NCBI GenBank assembly: GCA_964016885.1
Contig: OZ024761.1
Coordinates: 744,001 to 808,000, forward strand
Length of the DNA: 64,000 nt
Direction: 5' to 3'
Source of the DNA: Eledone cirrhosa
Lineage: Eukaryota
Below the pieces are notes generated by a model. That model was not told where the DNA came from. It saw only the letters and a program-made list of their open reading frames with translations, and searched no databases. Shown one piece after another: positions 27,004 through 42,569 of this stretch. Numbering within the stretch: the first letter of the stretch is position 1; each line of letters starts with the position of its first letter. The position numbers and the translations under genes were made by a program.

Positions 27004-29318
27004 CTGTTGAAGAAAGAACAAAAGAAGAGAAAGAGAAGGTGAACAACATTAAAACAGTGCAACAACTGCAATTAAAATGCAGCCTTTTATGACATATTGT
27101 TTTACTCTTCTGGTCTTTTTACTGGTTTCAATCATTGGACTGTGGCCATGATGGGGCAACCATTATTAAGAAAATTAAGATTGATAATTTATATTTACAT
27201 AGAAGTGTGTTAAAACATACTAAAGTTTCATAATAAGGCTGGAACAGGGTGTATATATAGAAGGCTGATGAATTCCATATACACACCCTTGAGTGTATAA
27301 TGAAGCTTTAATGCATAAAACACTGAATTAAGACAGATCAACCATCAAACCTACCACCACATACACCATACACACCCACATGGCACCCAACATACATATA
27401 TACACCCACATGGCACCCAATCACAAACAAATATATTCCCTAACCTTCCTATCACTGTCCTGACCTACATAAAGCTATTTAAGATATTCAAGGACATCAC
27501 AGGACACTGTCAGATGAAGCAACCAAGCTGAAACTTCAAAATCACAGTCACTTTTTTACTTAGTTTATAATCACTTTTTAATTTATATATATATATATAT
27601 AAAATGATGATGATGATGATGACGATGATGATGATGATTTCCTTCGAATGAAAAAGTTTTAGTCCTGTAGAAGCCATTTCTATATTAAACATTGTATATA
27701 TTCTACTATGTATTGAGTACCTTACTTACTTTGGTTACCCCCCGATTGAACCTGCGACCCCCACACACACACAGTATGTATGTATGTATGTATGTATGTA
27801 TGTATGTATGTATGTATGTATGTGTGTGTGTGTGTGTGTGTGTATGTATATTTATATATATATCCTGGTGTCACAATTAAGAAGACCTATTATAATGGCA
27901 TTAGCATGAGCATCCATCAGTAGAAACCTTGCAGCCCAAAATGGAAGGTATTCATCAAGGTGCGGTCGACTGCCCACCCCACGAGCTTTGGAGGTCGGTA
28001 GCTTTGACATCCATTTAGTTTCCCATGCCAGATTGTGAAAATGGGTGGATGTTAATGATGGTGATAATGATTTACTCAGCAATTAGGGGAAAGATGCTGT
28101 GCGGAGGGGGGTGAGGTGTAACCTTGACCTTTATAAAGTGGTATCAGTTTGATAGAACATCCTAATATATACACAATATTAAATAAAAGGTCAAAAGTGG
28201 GGTCATTGACTGAGGGGCCACTGACTGACTATGGAGGTCTGTGTCATGTATAGTAGACTGAATTTCTATTGAGAGTGGTAGAATAAGGACTGTATCTGTG
28301 AGGATGGGGGGTGTCTGTGAAGAAATATATGTGTATGAGTGGAAATATGTACACATATATGTGTGTGTGTGTGTAGAAATATATATATATGAGTGGAAAT
28401 ATATATACATATGTGTGTGTGTGTGTAGAAATATATATATATATGTGTAGAAATATATATACATATGTGGGTGTGTGTAGAAATATATATGTGGGTATGT
28501 TATATATATACACAGAGATAAACGTACATACATACACACCTACTTATATACATATATATATACTGACACTCACATACACACAGACACTTACTTATATACA
28601 TATATATACTGACACTCACACACACACAGACACCTACTTATATACATATATATACTGACACCTACATATATACAAAGATATACACACATACCTTCATACA
28701 CTGAGACACAGACACACCTACCTACATTCATACACACACACACACAGACACCTACATATATACAAAGATATACATATATACATGCATACACAGACACACC
28801 TACCTACATACATATATAAACACACAGGCACCTACATATATATGCAGACACACACACAGGCACCTACATATATACACACACACACACACCTACATATATA
28901 CAAAGATATACATATATACCTCCATACACTGACACACACAGACCCACCTACCTACATACACATATACACACACAGGCACCTACATATATACGCAGACACA
29001 CGCACAGACGCCTACATATATACACACACACACACACACACCTACATATATACAAAAATATACATACATACCTCCATACACTGACACACACATAGACACA
29101 CCTACCTACATACATATATACACACACAGGCACCTACATATATACGCAGACACGCACACAGACACCAACATATATACAGAGATATACACAGATACCTACA
29201 TACACGGACGGACGCACGCATCTACATTCATACACACCTACATATATACATACATATACACATACATACACACACAGTCCGACAGACGGTCAAACAGACA
29301 CACAGACAGAATATTTAC

Positions 29319-29495
29319 CTTTTGGTCTGAGGTTCCTCATCAACAGGTCTTGGTTTAGTTGGCTGTTCCCCATTAATCAGTGCTGCTTGGGTACAATCAG
29401 TTTCTGTGTTGTGAGGTTGAAGACCCAGTAAGGAGCGCACCTTGGCTGACCTCACATCTATTATGGTGTCGGTGTAACCAATCTCATGTAGGTAT
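29319..29495 (-). CDS. STRN3: Striatin exon 5
   Basis: tttcag|A...AAAAG|gtaaat; 177 nt; YLHEIGYTDTIIDVRSAKVRSLLGL...EEPQTK. Confidence 0.96.
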
Positions 29496-30806
29496 CTGAA
29501 ATAATAATGAGAAGAGGAGAGAGAGAGAGAGAAGGTTAATCAATATTATATACCACCACCACCACCACCACCACCACCACCATCATATATCATCATCATC
29601 ATAATTTAACGCTTTAGCATTTAAACTGGCTGTATCCGGCAAGATTTCTCTCACCTCTTCCTGGTCAAACCAGCTGTAACTGGCTGCTCATACTGATGTT
29701 AAGGTATTGTTCTCAAAATAAATGATATCAAAATATCATAGATTCGATATTATGTGAGATAAAGCCTTTACTATGAAAATACAATAATAAATATAGACCT
29801 GCTAGCAAGAGTTGAGAGGGTCTTCACAGACCGTGTCTGTACAGAAGGGTTACATACAGTTCTGCGTGCTACCAAGTGCATTTTATCATGATAGCAGCAC
29901 TAGAGAGGTTGTCATATCTTTGACACAACTGGAGGGTCTTCACAAACTACTTTTCTATGGCCTGCAGCAGAACAATTTTAGTGATTAATATTTTCCTAAG
30001 ACTTGGTACTTTTGATTTATATTCATCCAGCCATAGAAAACCAGCCAGAAATAGTCCTATATGAGCAAGACACGGTCACCCAACCCAACTTGCCTCTAAA
30101 TGGGACAAACCCATCTAACCCATGGATGGAAGATGGACATTAAATGATGATGATGATTCATAGTTGCCTTTCATCTTTACCAGGTTGATAAAAAAAATAG
30201 TTGTTTCTACTTTTGGCACAAGGCCAGCAATTATCCCAGTGTATTACTGGTACTTTATTTTATCGACCCCTGTAAGGATGAAAGGCAAAGTTAACCTCGG
30301 CAGGATTTGAACTCAGACCATAAAGGGCCGTAACTCTTTGTTGCAAAGCATGGCATCAGACCCGCTACCGATACTGCCAATCCGTAAAAAATAGTACCAG
30401 TCTAGTACTGGGGTTGATTCTTCCTCTATATCTCTTTCTCATTTCCATTCACTCACTCTCTATCCTTCTCTGGAAGAAATCTGCTGTATGTTGATACGGT
30501 GCTCCTACGACACCCTCAGGAATTACAGGACCATGCATTGATGCATGCAAAACATGGTAATTTGTCTCTGTCTTCATAATATTTATAGTACAACTTATTG
30601 CAATTTACTCACAGAAAAGAACAGAATTTATCAAAAGTAAAACCAGAAAAAATCTGGAAGAAATCTGCTGTATTCAGACCTGGAGAGGAGATGGGCTCTG
30701 CCAGGTTTTTTAAAAAATGCCCTAGAAATCCTGTATGTGAATATGGTGCCCTAATATTACTCTCTAGGGTGTTACGGGACCAAGAAAACAAGCAAGGAGT
30801 ACTTAC

Positions 30807-30882
30807 TGTCGTAGAAGCTGTCTGCCCTGTTTCCAAGCTGTGTTATTCGAAGTGAGAGACTCACTATCACCCAACTGATCAT
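30807..30882 (-). CDS. STRN3: Striatin exon 4 (calmodulin-binding region)
   Basis: tttcag|AT...CGACA|gtaagt; 76 nt, phase 1 to 2; DDQLGDSESLTSNNTAWKQGRQLLRQ. Confidence 0.96.
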
Positions 30883-31519
30883 CTGAAAATATAGGAAACA
30901 AACATTAATGAAAACTGAATAACTCACCAGTGGAATATACACTGTGGTGCATCTGTACTTTATAAAAAAATGTTATGTTTGGTGATACAACAGTCTAAAG
31001 TCTGTCTTAACCCTTTAGTATTCAAACCGGCCATATCCGGCGAGAATCCTCTCGCCTCTTTCTGTTCAAACTGGCCATAACTGGCCACTCAAACTGATGT
31101 TAAGGTATTGTTCTTAAGATAAATAATATCAAAATCTCATAGATTCAATATTATGTGAGATAAAGACTTTACCACGAAAATACAATAGTAAATATAGAGT
31201 AATGTAAATGCTAAAGGGTTAATAGTACACACTGTAGTTTATAAAACAATGCTGTTTGGTGACACAACAGTACATTTAATAAGAAGAAATCAGCTGTTTA
31301 AACTAGAAGAGAAGGACTTCATCAGGGTCTTTTAAAATGCTCAAGAAATACTGTATGTCAATACAATGCACCTATGACTCCTCCAGTTGATAAGGACATT
31401 TCTCAGGCAAAACCAGGAAGTCTTTATGCAGAAGCTTAACCAGCTAAAAATAGCAGTCAATTTCCCTCATAATGACAGATCAGCTACCAACACAGATATG
31501 CATACATGTATACACACAG

Positions 31520-31616
<97 letters not shown>

Positions 31617-33884
31617 GTGTGGAGAGAGGGAGAGAGAGAGAGATGAGTGACATTGAAAGGAGATTAGTAGTAATAATAATAGTATTGGTACTACCATTAC
31701 TACTACTACGGAAACTATAGTGGACTGTTTCCTGTAGAAAACTGAGAAGGGAGTGAGGTGCAAGGGAGAGAGATACACATACAAACACACATATACATAT
31801 ACACACAAACACATACATATACACAAGCAAACACACACACATATATACATACACATATCAACAGGAAGTTGTTTAGAAATGGTTTATCTTGCAATTACAA
31901 GAAATGTAAATAAATCAAGGGACAGTAGGAAAAATAAGGGAGATGGGGTGGAGAGAAGGGTGAGGGCAATATGTGTGTGTGTGTGTGTGTGTGTGTAACT
32001 GTGAGTGTGTGACTGTGAGTATGCGTGTGGCTGTGCATGTGTATGTATATACAGATATAACTTTATATATATTTATATATATACACATATACGTATGTGA
32101 GTGTGTGCATACGAGCATGTATGTGTGTACCTGCAAGTGTATGCAAGCATATATGTTTGTGTGTGTGCGTGTGTGTGTGTGAGTGTGTGTGCATGTGCAC
32201 CATATGGGATAATTTACACTGTGAATCGTGTTAAAAATGTTTTACTAATTGTGTTGGAGATATACTCAAGTTTCTGAAATTTGTTTCCTACCCTCACTAA
32301 GAACAGCCCCACTTCCTAGATTCCTGAAACCCCTTTTGATTCCATGTTTTCTTTAGAATGGCAGATCGCACAATCCTTTTCAGGGCCTCCAATGCTGATT
32401 GGATAAAGGGAAGAAGGTACCCTGTTTTGAATGTCTGCACCCAAGGGCCATGTTAGTTAAGTTCAAATTAAATTCTGTTTCAACCCTAGAATCTCATCAG
32501 TCCGATGTTTATCCTGGTTTCATCTACATAAAGAAATTGAGAATAACAAAATATCTCCCTGGATAGGACACCAGTCCATCACAGGGTTAAACTCCCAGCT
32601 ACCGCTAGAGCTCATTTGCAGATGAAGTATACTTGAGCAACAAGATATTAAGTGTCTTTTTCAAGAACACAACATACCAACTGCTCCAGGAATCAAAACC
32701 ACAACATTATGATCAAAAGTGCAACACCCTAACCACTTGGCCACAAGCCATCACTAAGGGCCATGTGGTGGTGGTGTTAAATTTACCACCCAAGTAGACT
32801 ACAGTAAAATGAGCAAATATTTTATAATGTGGTACCATGATAAAGTGCACCCAGTCGACCCTGCATGGGGGAAGTGTGAATGCCACATAAAAAGCACACA
32901 GCCCAGTCTGTACAGTGGTAGTACTGGTGCCATGATTAGATGTACTCAGTCCACACTGTAAGGTGGAAATGTGGATGCTACGAAAAAAGGCACATTCTAA
33001 AATAAACTGTCCCCATGAAATTATGATGGAAGGTTTTAAGATAAATATAAACACTTTAAAATAAACAGCTTAGAATCATAGAACTAGAGTTAGTTTTAGG
33101 CATTTTAGTATCAAAATGGTTAAACAAAAGGTGTCGTTGATAATGAAAGGGATAATAATCATCATCATCATCACCATCATCACAATTAGCACAATATCAT
33201 ACAAATGTGTGTGTGTGGATGGTCGGAGAACATACCTGTAATAGATTGGGATATAGCACTAGTTTAACATTACAATTGATAGCACAATGTCATACAGATT
33301 TGTGTGTGTAGATGGTGGGACACCATACCAGTAATAGATGGGGGTTAACACGAGTATAATGTTACAATTGGAAACACAATGTCATATAGGTGCATGTGTA
33401 GATGGTGGGACACCATACCAGTAATAGATTGGGGGATGAGAAGCAAGACAGAGACAGGAAGACACACAACAAAGAAAAGAGACAATGAAAGTGTCGGACT
33501 AGGTGTAAAAGAGGGTCCCGTCCCAGTGCACTATGGCATCATAGCCTGATGCACGTTAGATTTATGCATAACTTACAAATATAGTATTACACAAATTTTG
33601 CAGTGACATAGCAACTGCACATCACCAGTGCACTATGGTATCATAGCCTGATGCATGTTAGATTCAAGCATAGCTTGCACATATAGTATTACAGAAATGT
33701 CGTAGTGTCATAGTAGCATCTGCACATTTACAAAGTATATAAATAGTGCTTTATACAAAGTACAAAATATACTTTATACAATACAAACCATACTTTGCCA
33801 ACAGGAAAAAAAACAGATATAAAACGATGGTGATGATGATGATGACAATATACAACATATAAACCATACTTTATATAAATATGT

Positions 33885-34475
33885 ATGATGTATACTTTGT
33901 ATAAAGTATAATTTATACAAAGTATAATTTATACAAAGTATATTTTATATAAAGTATACTTTGTATAAACCATACTTTGTATAAACCATACTTTGTATAA
34001 AGTATAGTTTGTATGAAGTATACTTTGTATAAACCATACTTTGTATAAAGTATACTCTGTATAAAGTATACTCTGTATAAAGTATATTTTGTATAAAGTA
34101 TACTTCGTATAAAGTATACTTTGTATAAAGTATACTTCGTATAAAGTATACTTTGTATAAAGTATACTTTATATAAAGTATACTTCGTATAAAGTATACT
34201 TTATATAAAGTATACTTTGTATAAAGGTACTTTCTACTTCACACAGTGTATACTAAACAATACATTTTACAATATAAACAATATTTTATACAAAATAAGC
34301 AATATTTTATGCAATGTAAACAATATTTTATGCAATATAAACAATATTTTATATAATATAAACAATATTTTATACAACATAAACAACATTTTATACAACA
34401 TAAACAACATTTTATACAATATAAACAATACTTTACACAAAGTCTACTCTAATCATATTTTATACAAAATATAAA
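33885..34475. repeat. Adjacent 18-bp near-palindromic and 21-bp minisatellites
   Basis: gtataaagtatacttt and aatataaacaatattttatac units. Confidence 0.9.
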
Positions 34476-34699
34476 CAGTGGTTTATACAAAAATAGAAGA
34501 GGGGTCGGATGGGTTGAGTGTAAAATATCATACATATTAGATTTAAGCATATCTTACACATATAGTACTGCACCAGTGTTGCACTGTTGTACCAGCTGCA
34601 CATTTACACAGTATATAAAGAGATGTGAGGAGATGTGACCGTCTTAAAGGAAAGGTTTGTGTCGTATCAACAATACCAGTTTCTTTCCCTTGTTTCTGC

Positions 34700-37600
34700 G
34701 ACTACTTCTCCCTCTATGTCTCTCTCACTCCCTACTTCTCACCCTCTCTCTCTATCACTCCCCTATTTCTCTCTCTCTCTCTCACTTCCCATCTCTCTTT
34801 CCTCACCTCTCCCTCTCACTCCCCACCTCTCTCTCTCACTCCCCATCTCTCTCTCTCACTCCCCACCTGCCTCTCTCTCTGGTTTTCTATCTGCATTTCT
34901 TCCCATCTCTCTCTGTTTCACTATTTCTTACTAAGTTCCTGCCACTCTCTCTTCTCTCTCACTATTTTTCTTCCTCTTCCTAAGTGTCTTCCCCCACCTC
35001 TCTTTCTTTTTCTTCCTCTAAGTGTCTGCCTATCTCTATCGCCACATCCACCACCACCACCACACAACACACTTCACCACCACACAACACACTTCACCAC
35101 CACACAACACACTCCACCACCACCACCATACAACTACAACACACCACCACACAACTACAACACCCCACCACCATACAACTACAACACACCCCACCACCAC
35201 CATACAACAACACCCCACCACCACCATACAACTACAACACTCCACCACCACCATACAACTACAACACTCCACCACCACCATACAACTACAACACCCCACC
35301 ACCACCACCATACAACTACAACACTCCACCACCACCACACCACCACCATACAACTACAACACTCCACCACACACAACACACACAACACACACACCACACC
35401 ACACCACACCACACCACCACCACCACCATACAACTACACCACACCACCACCACCACCACCATACAACTACACCACACCACCACCACCATACAACTGCAAC
35501 ACACCACCTCCACCATTGTGCTCCACTTCACTATTCCATCTCAAACTACTTCCTGAACTCTCCTTAACTTCACACACACACCACTATTATACACACACAC
35601 ACACCACTATTATACACACACACACACCACCATTATACACACACACACCACTATTATACACACACACCACTATTATACACACACACACACCACCATTATA
35701 CACACACACACACACCACTATTATATATACACACACCACTATTATATATACACACACACCATTATATATACACACACACCACTATTATATATACACACAC
35801 ACCACTATTATACACACACACACACACACACCACTATTATATATACACACACCACTATTATACACACACACACCACTATTATATATACACACACACCACT
35901 ATTATATATACACACACACCACTATTATATATACACACACACCACTATTATACACACACACCACTATTATACACACACACACACCACTATTACACATACA
36001 CACCACTATTATACACACACACACCAGAGAAACATTAAGAAGTGTACTAAGGGAGAGTGAGAGAGGGAGGAAGAGAGACTGTGTGATGGACAGAGACAGA
36101 ATGTGAGAGTGTCTGAGAAACCAGGAGAAAGGAAGACCAGGGGAGAGAGAGGGGGGAGTAAGAGAGAGGGAGAGAGAGTAAGAGAGAGCCAGGGAGTAAG
36201 GGAGAGAGGGGGAATGAGAGAGAGAGAGAGAGAATAAGAGAGAGAGAGGGAATACGAGAGAGGAAGAGAGAGAGAGGGAATACGAGAGAGGTAGAGAGAG
36301 AGAGGGAGAGAGAGAGAGAGGTAGAGAGAGAGAGGGAGAGAGAGAAAGGCAAAGCTAAGCTGGACATGAAATGTGATAAAGTTGACAACTTGGAACTAAG
36401 AAAGAAACTGATGAAAACACCTGGGGCTTTCTTTGGGGTGGTGTGGTGGTTCAGGGTGAAGGGTAGTTCTGAGTGGGGCTAGAGAGGGAGTGGAGAGGTA
36501 GAGGAGGTATAGAGAGAGTGGAAGGGTAGAGGGGGTTTAGTGGTGGAGGGGTAGAGGTGCAGAAGGGTGGAGGTGGAGGGGTGGAAGAGGTGGGGGTGTA
36601 GAGGAGGTGAAGGGGTGATGTAGAGGTGGAGGTGAAGAGGGGTGATGTGCAGGGGTGTATAGGTGAAGGTGTAGAGGGGTGGAGAGCTAGAGCATCACCC
36701 CCCACATCACACCAGGTTTGGAGTAGGGTGGTGGGGGTGGATGAGTGAAATAGTTTTGAAGAGTAAGCTTAGAATAGAACACCGCCACCGCCACCACCTC
36801 CTCCTCCGGCCGCTCACTCCTGGAGAGGGGGGTGGGGGTGGAAACAGTGAAGTAGAGGGAGGGTAGTTCTGAGTGGACCAGTAGTGAAGAAGAGGGTTAG
36901 GTAAGAGGGGGGGGTTGAAGGACCCTTAACGCTCCACCAACAATTGCCCTATATCCCTCCACTCCACTCTACATGAGGGTTAGGTGAGAAACAATTCAGT
37001 TAGATACCTAATTGGCTATATTAGCCCTTTCTCACCCCACCCACACTATGTGACCCTCTTGTTAAAAAGAGGGCCATGAAGATGGCTCAATGAGGGGGAG
37101 AGGGGTTCCACCCCAGCCCACCTCACCAGCTCCTTATATAGACATGTAGGGGAGGGGAAGCTTTATTACTTGCAGGTGTTGTTTTGTTTTGTTTGTTTAT
37201 GTGAGACCTGAGGTTTTGGTATGACTGGGCTTTTGGGGGACCGACCAACACCACCACCACCACCATTATCATCATCATCATCATCATCATCACCAACATC
37301 TTTATCCCCATCTCCACCATCATTACTATCATCATCATCACTACCATCATCTCCATCATCATCACAACCAAAGCAACAGTCACCATCATCATAACCACCA
37401 CCACCACCATCACCATCACCATCACTAACGTCTTTATGCCCATCGCCGCCGCCACTGTCATTACTAGCATCATCGTCATTACCATCATCTCCATCATCAC
37501 AACCAAAGCAACAGCCACCATCATAACAACCACCACCACCACTAACATCTTCATCCCCATCACCATCACCACCATCATTGCTATCCTCATCATCATCACA

Positions 37601-38000
37601 ACCAAAGCAACAGTCACCACCAACACCACCACCACCATCACTAACGTCTTTAACCCCATCGCCACTACCACCGTCATTACTAACATCATCATCATCACCA
37701 TCATCATCAACAACCAAAGCAACAGTCACCATCAGTACCACCACCACCACCATCACCATCACCATCACCACCAACATTATCATCACAACCAAAACAAGTC
37801 ACCATCACAACCACTTCCATCATCATCATTATCACAAACATCATCTCCACCAACACCACCATCATCACTACCATTATCAATCATCATCACAACCAAAGCA
37901 ACTATCACCATCACAACCACCACCTCCTCCACCACCACCATCATCATAACCACCACCACCATCATTATTATTATCACAATCATCTTCATCATCTTTGCCG
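34700..38000. repeat. Low-complexity block: CT-rich, (CAC)n, CA/TA, GA-rich, (CAT/CAC)n
   Basis: Direct inspection; source of many spurious ORFs. Confidence 0.92.
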
Positions 38001-38267
38001 GCTGAGTGGACTGGAGCAAATGTGAAATAAAGTTTCTTGCTCAAGGACACAATATGCCGCCGGGAATTGAACTCATGATCTCACGATTGTAAGCTGAATA
38101 CCCTAAACCACAAAGCCACGCACGTGCCTTCACACACAAACACATACACACACAGTAACTAACGGTTTCTGTGGAATGTGTACACTTCCTAACAACTGTT
38201 CTCCAGGTTTACAGAGGTTTGACAGGAAATATCTGACACTTTTAGTATTATTCTATTAAAAATCCTT

Positions 38268-38460
38268 GTTGCTGTTGTTATTGTGGTTACTGCTGTTGTT
38301 ATTGTGGTTACTGCTGTTGTTATTGTGGTTACTGCTGTTGTTATTGTGGTTACTGCTGTTGTTATTGTGGTTACTGCTGTTGTTATTGTGGTTACTGCTG
38401 TTGTTATTGTGATTACTGCTGTTGTTATTGTGGCTACTGCTGTTGTTATTGTGGTTACAG
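38268..38460. repeat. 21-bp minisatellite, 9 copies
   Basis: gttattgtggttactgctgtt. Confidence 0.95.
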
Positions 38461-38798
38461 CTAATATCGGTAGAACGTCAGGAACCATGCTTTGCAGCAT
38501 AGAGTTACGGCCCTTTATGGTCTGAGTTCAAATCCCACCGAGGTTAACTTTGCCTTTCATCACAAAGTACCAGTAACGCACTGAGTTAATTGCTGGCCTT
38601 GTGCCAAAAGTAGAAACAATTAGTAGTATCGAATAGAACGTCTGACACCATGCTTTGCAGCATAGAGTTACACCCCTTTACATTTCTGAATTAAAAATCC
38701 TGCCAAGGTTAACTTTGCCTTTCATCCTTAGGGGATTGATAAAATAAAGTACCAGTAATTCACTGGGGTAATTGCTGGCCTTGTGCCAAAAGTAGAAA

Positions 38799-38833
<35 letters not shown>

Positions 38834-39074
38834 CAGGGCAAGGGTGGTGGATTGGAAGTATCGGTGGAGCGTTGGCCGCCATGCTTTGCAGCATAGAGTT
38901 ACGGCCGTTTATGATCTGTGTTCAAATCCTGCCGAGGTTAACTTTGCCTTTCGTCCTTACGGGGTCGATAAAATAAAGTACCAGTCACGCACTGGGGTCG
39001 ATTTAATCAACTTTCCCCTCCCCCAAAATTGGTGGCCTTGTGCCTATATAAGAAACTATTATTATTCCAGGGCA

Positions 39075-39382
39075 AACGTGGGCTTGTGGGGCTTCCCGGT
39101 TGTCCCTACTTTGGAGGTTTAAAGCGTAATTAAAAGGGCCAATGGATAACTTCCAAAAATCCCTGGCCAGGCAGTGCTACCGGAGAGTGCTGCCAGTTCG
39201 AGATAAACTTTACAGGTATGGAAGTACCATCAGCCAGGCCTGTCCAAGATGTGCGCAGGGCAACAAGGCCATCCTGCACACACTTGTCCAGTGTCTGAGT
39301 ATCGCTGACTTGTGGGTTTATATCAAACATATGCTGTTGCATGTAGAATGGATCTGGCTATCAGCTGTGTCTATCATGAATT
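39075..39382 (+). mobile_element. L1/Tx1-clade LINE fragment (zf-RVT region)
   Basis: VLPVRDKL...CPRCAQGNKAILHTLVQC..IADLW. Confidence 0.7.
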
Positions 39383-39633
39383 CAGTACAGGAATTGAACT
39401 CACAACCTCACGATTGTAAGCTTGAAGCTCTAACCACTGAGCCATGCACCTTCATATATAATATAGAAATGGCTTCTACAGGACTAGAACCGTTTCATAT
39501 ATAAGCATATAAACATACAAACACAAGTGTGTGTATGTACATACATACATTTGTATGTACACACACACAACAACAACAGTTAATTCACTCAAAAAGTACT
39601 GTTTGTGAAATGTCAGTTGATGACAAGCAAGAG

Positions 39634-39666
<33 letters not shown>

Positions 39667-40170
39667 TATATATATAGAGAGAGGGGGGGGGGGAGAATGG
39701 TGCTTTGATGTTTAGTGACAGTGAAGATTGCTGAAACAGAGCTGTCATTGCCAAACTTAAACAACATCACATCCACATCACCATCACCCGCAACCACTAC
39801 CAATACCATCTTTAAAACTTCAAAGGACTGTTCCATCATAGCTCAGTGTATTTTGGCTTTGGCACAATACCAGAATGGAATAATGGAATGGACTTTGAAA
39901 TTTTTGATTGACAGTTGGAACTGCGTCCAAATGGCGTGTCTGTGTGTGTGTATGTGTGTGGTGTGTCATCATCATCATCATCATCACCATATCATTTATT
40001 TTTCGATGCTTGCATGGGTTGGATGGGTCTCTTCCAAGCACAGCATCTCTTCACTCGTGGTGGTCCTCCATCATCATCTCTCTGAGCTTCAGGGATTTGA
40101 AATCAGCTCTCACAACCTCTGTTCAAGCCTCACTTGGTCTTCCTCTACTGCAGGTTCTTTCTAAATATAT

Positions 40171-40206
<36 letters not shown>

Positions 40207-40577
40207 ATACATGCACATGATGAGAGGCCAGTATTAGAATGGCTCCTCCACTATACAGTGATGGCCATAACTGAACCCCCGAAACCTAAGGTTGCAGATA
40301 CATATTAAGTATATAAAATTTTAATTATACTACATATATATATATAGTATAATTTTAAATAAACATGTTTTAACGGTTTGTTCTCCTTTATTTACTTCTC
40401 CACATGCTTCCGCTCTGCTAATTCTCTCGGCCACTAGATATTAACACTTCTAATATTTAACACGGCCGGCACTAGTATTGAGCACCCTCTGCATACACTA
40501 TTGGCAAATAACTACATGTATCGCCTATCTCTCCATCTCTCTCTCGATACTTAAATATTATATATATATATATATAT

Positions 40578-41180
40578 ATCATCATCATCATCATCATCAC
40601 CGTTTTACGTCCGTTCTTCCACGCTAGCATGGGTTAGACGGGTTGTCCTGTTGTGGGCAGTGTCTGGTCGGCTGACCATGCCTTGCTCATACAGGAACTG
40701 ATCTGGCTTGATTTCTACAGCTGGATGCCCTTCCTAACACCAACCTCATTTACAGTGAGTGCTGGGTGCTTTTTCGTGGTGCCTACACGTCCACTTTACA
40801 GTGTGGGCTGGGTGCTTTTTTGCCGTGGCACCTACGGCCACCTTGCGGTGGAGGGGGGGGGGGGGTGGGGGGGGGGGCATATTGTTTATATGCTTCAGCA
40901 TGTACCCATGGGAGGTCGGGTACCCTGTATTACTGCGTGACGCCAGAAGTCACGGTCGTGTGTCATTGACTTTGAGAGGTGTAGTTGGGTAAGGTCGGCT
41001 TTTATCACCTCATCCCAAGTCATCTTGGGTCTCCCCACTCCGCGGTTTCCATCAACTTCTAGTGCTCTGCACCTTTTTATGCAGCTGTCATCCTTCATAC
41101 GCATCACATGTCCATACCAGCGTAACCGCCTCTCCTGCACGCAGCATTTGATTCCTCTTATGCTCAGTCTCTCTCTCAAT
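40578..41180 (-). mobile_element. 5'-truncated RTE LINE, near-identical to 60815-61400
   Basis: RERLSIRGIKCCVQERRLRWYGHVMR...GRPKMTWDEV plus 3' UTR and (GAT)n. Confidence 0.93.
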
Positions 41181-41830
41181 CATATATATATATATATATT
41201 TAAATATATGGATTGAGTGGAACAAAGGACAGGGCTGCGTGGTTACTAATAACTGTTTCTACTTTTGGCACAAGGCCAGTAATTACCCAGTGTATTACTG
41301 GTACTTTATTTTATCGACCCCGTAAGGATGAAAGGCAAAGTTAACCTCGGAGGAATTTGAACTCAGAATGGCAAGGACCGTAACTCTATGCGTCAAAGCA
41401 TGGCGTCCGACCCTCTACCGATACTGCCAATCCACCACGAGTGTTAAGGGAACACAACACAAACAAGAGATAGACATTTTCCCTTCATCAGTTGTCTACT
41501 ATGAATCACAGATGTTTCAGCACATTATAGACAATACATCTATCTGTAGCGCAATCATAACTTATTATCAACAAGTTATGAGGGAAAGAAATGAAAAAGA
41601 GGTCTATATATATACATATTTGTGTGTGTGTATAAATTCAAAATAGGGAGCGCACAATGGAAAAGAAACGGAAAGATGGACAGTGCCATTTCCTCAGTCA
41701 ACTTCTAGAAATCTCTACGGTTTCAGTAAATTAAGGTTGATACCATTCATTCCATATATATATATATCATCCTTCCAACATACATATATATATACACAGA
41801 GTGACAGAGATACAACCAAAATTCACTTAC

Positions 41831-41913
41831 CTTCATTTTTCTTATCAAATGCTGGTGGTTTTAGTTCATCTTGGTTGAGATCAGTTCCATATTTTAATTT
41901 ATGGTATTTGGCC
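41831..41913 (-). CDS. STRN3: Striatin exon 3
   Basis: ttccag|G...GAAG|gtaagt; 83 nt, phase 2 to 1; AKYHKLKYGTDLNQDELKPPAFDKKNE. Confidence 0.96.
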
Positions 41914-42188
41914 CTGGAATATGGATAGGAAACATTGACAATTTAAAATTTATTTACTTAGAAATCTCATTATCAAAATAGTCATCATCATCATCAAGTC
42001 ATTATTATCGTCATCATCATCATCACCTCATTACCACCACCAAAACTTTATTACCGCCATCATCATCAGCATCATCATCATCAACATCACCTCATTACCA
42101 TCATCAACATCGTTATTATCATCAAGTCATTAACATCACCACCTCATTATCACCATCATCATAATCATCATCAACATCATACCATTAC

Positions 42189-42223
<35 letters not shown>

Positions 42224-42357
42224 CCACTATCACCATCATGATCATCATCAACATCATTTTTCGATCTGCTGACAGCAAAGGATCGGCACAGGTGTGAGCC
42301 ACAAGACCTCCTCAAGCAACAGTCCCCATGTTTTATTATCATGGAGTTCAATCTCTC

Positions 42358-42416
<59 letters not shown>

Positions 42417-42514
42417 CTTGTTGGACAGACATTGGCTTTTATGAGTTCCTCCACCCACTGATGGGTTTTGTTTTTCATTTCATAACATGTAACCCAATAT
42501 GTGTGTTGTATATA

Positions 42515-42567
<53 letters not shown>

Positions 42568-42569
<2 letters not shown>

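Noticed and set aside
27258-27320. CUGAUGA followed by a hairpin
   Set aside because: GAAG instead of GAAA and no stem I or III; at most a decayed relic
34625-36106. 493-aa extensin-like ORF (PPPPYNY)
   Set aside because: Simple-repeat derived, antisense within an intron, no supporting gene structure
41440-41525. Minus-strand CUGAUGA with agggaa/uucccu stem (similar case at 31290-31330)
   Set aside because: No downstream GAAA or stem I partner; interrupted by a SINE
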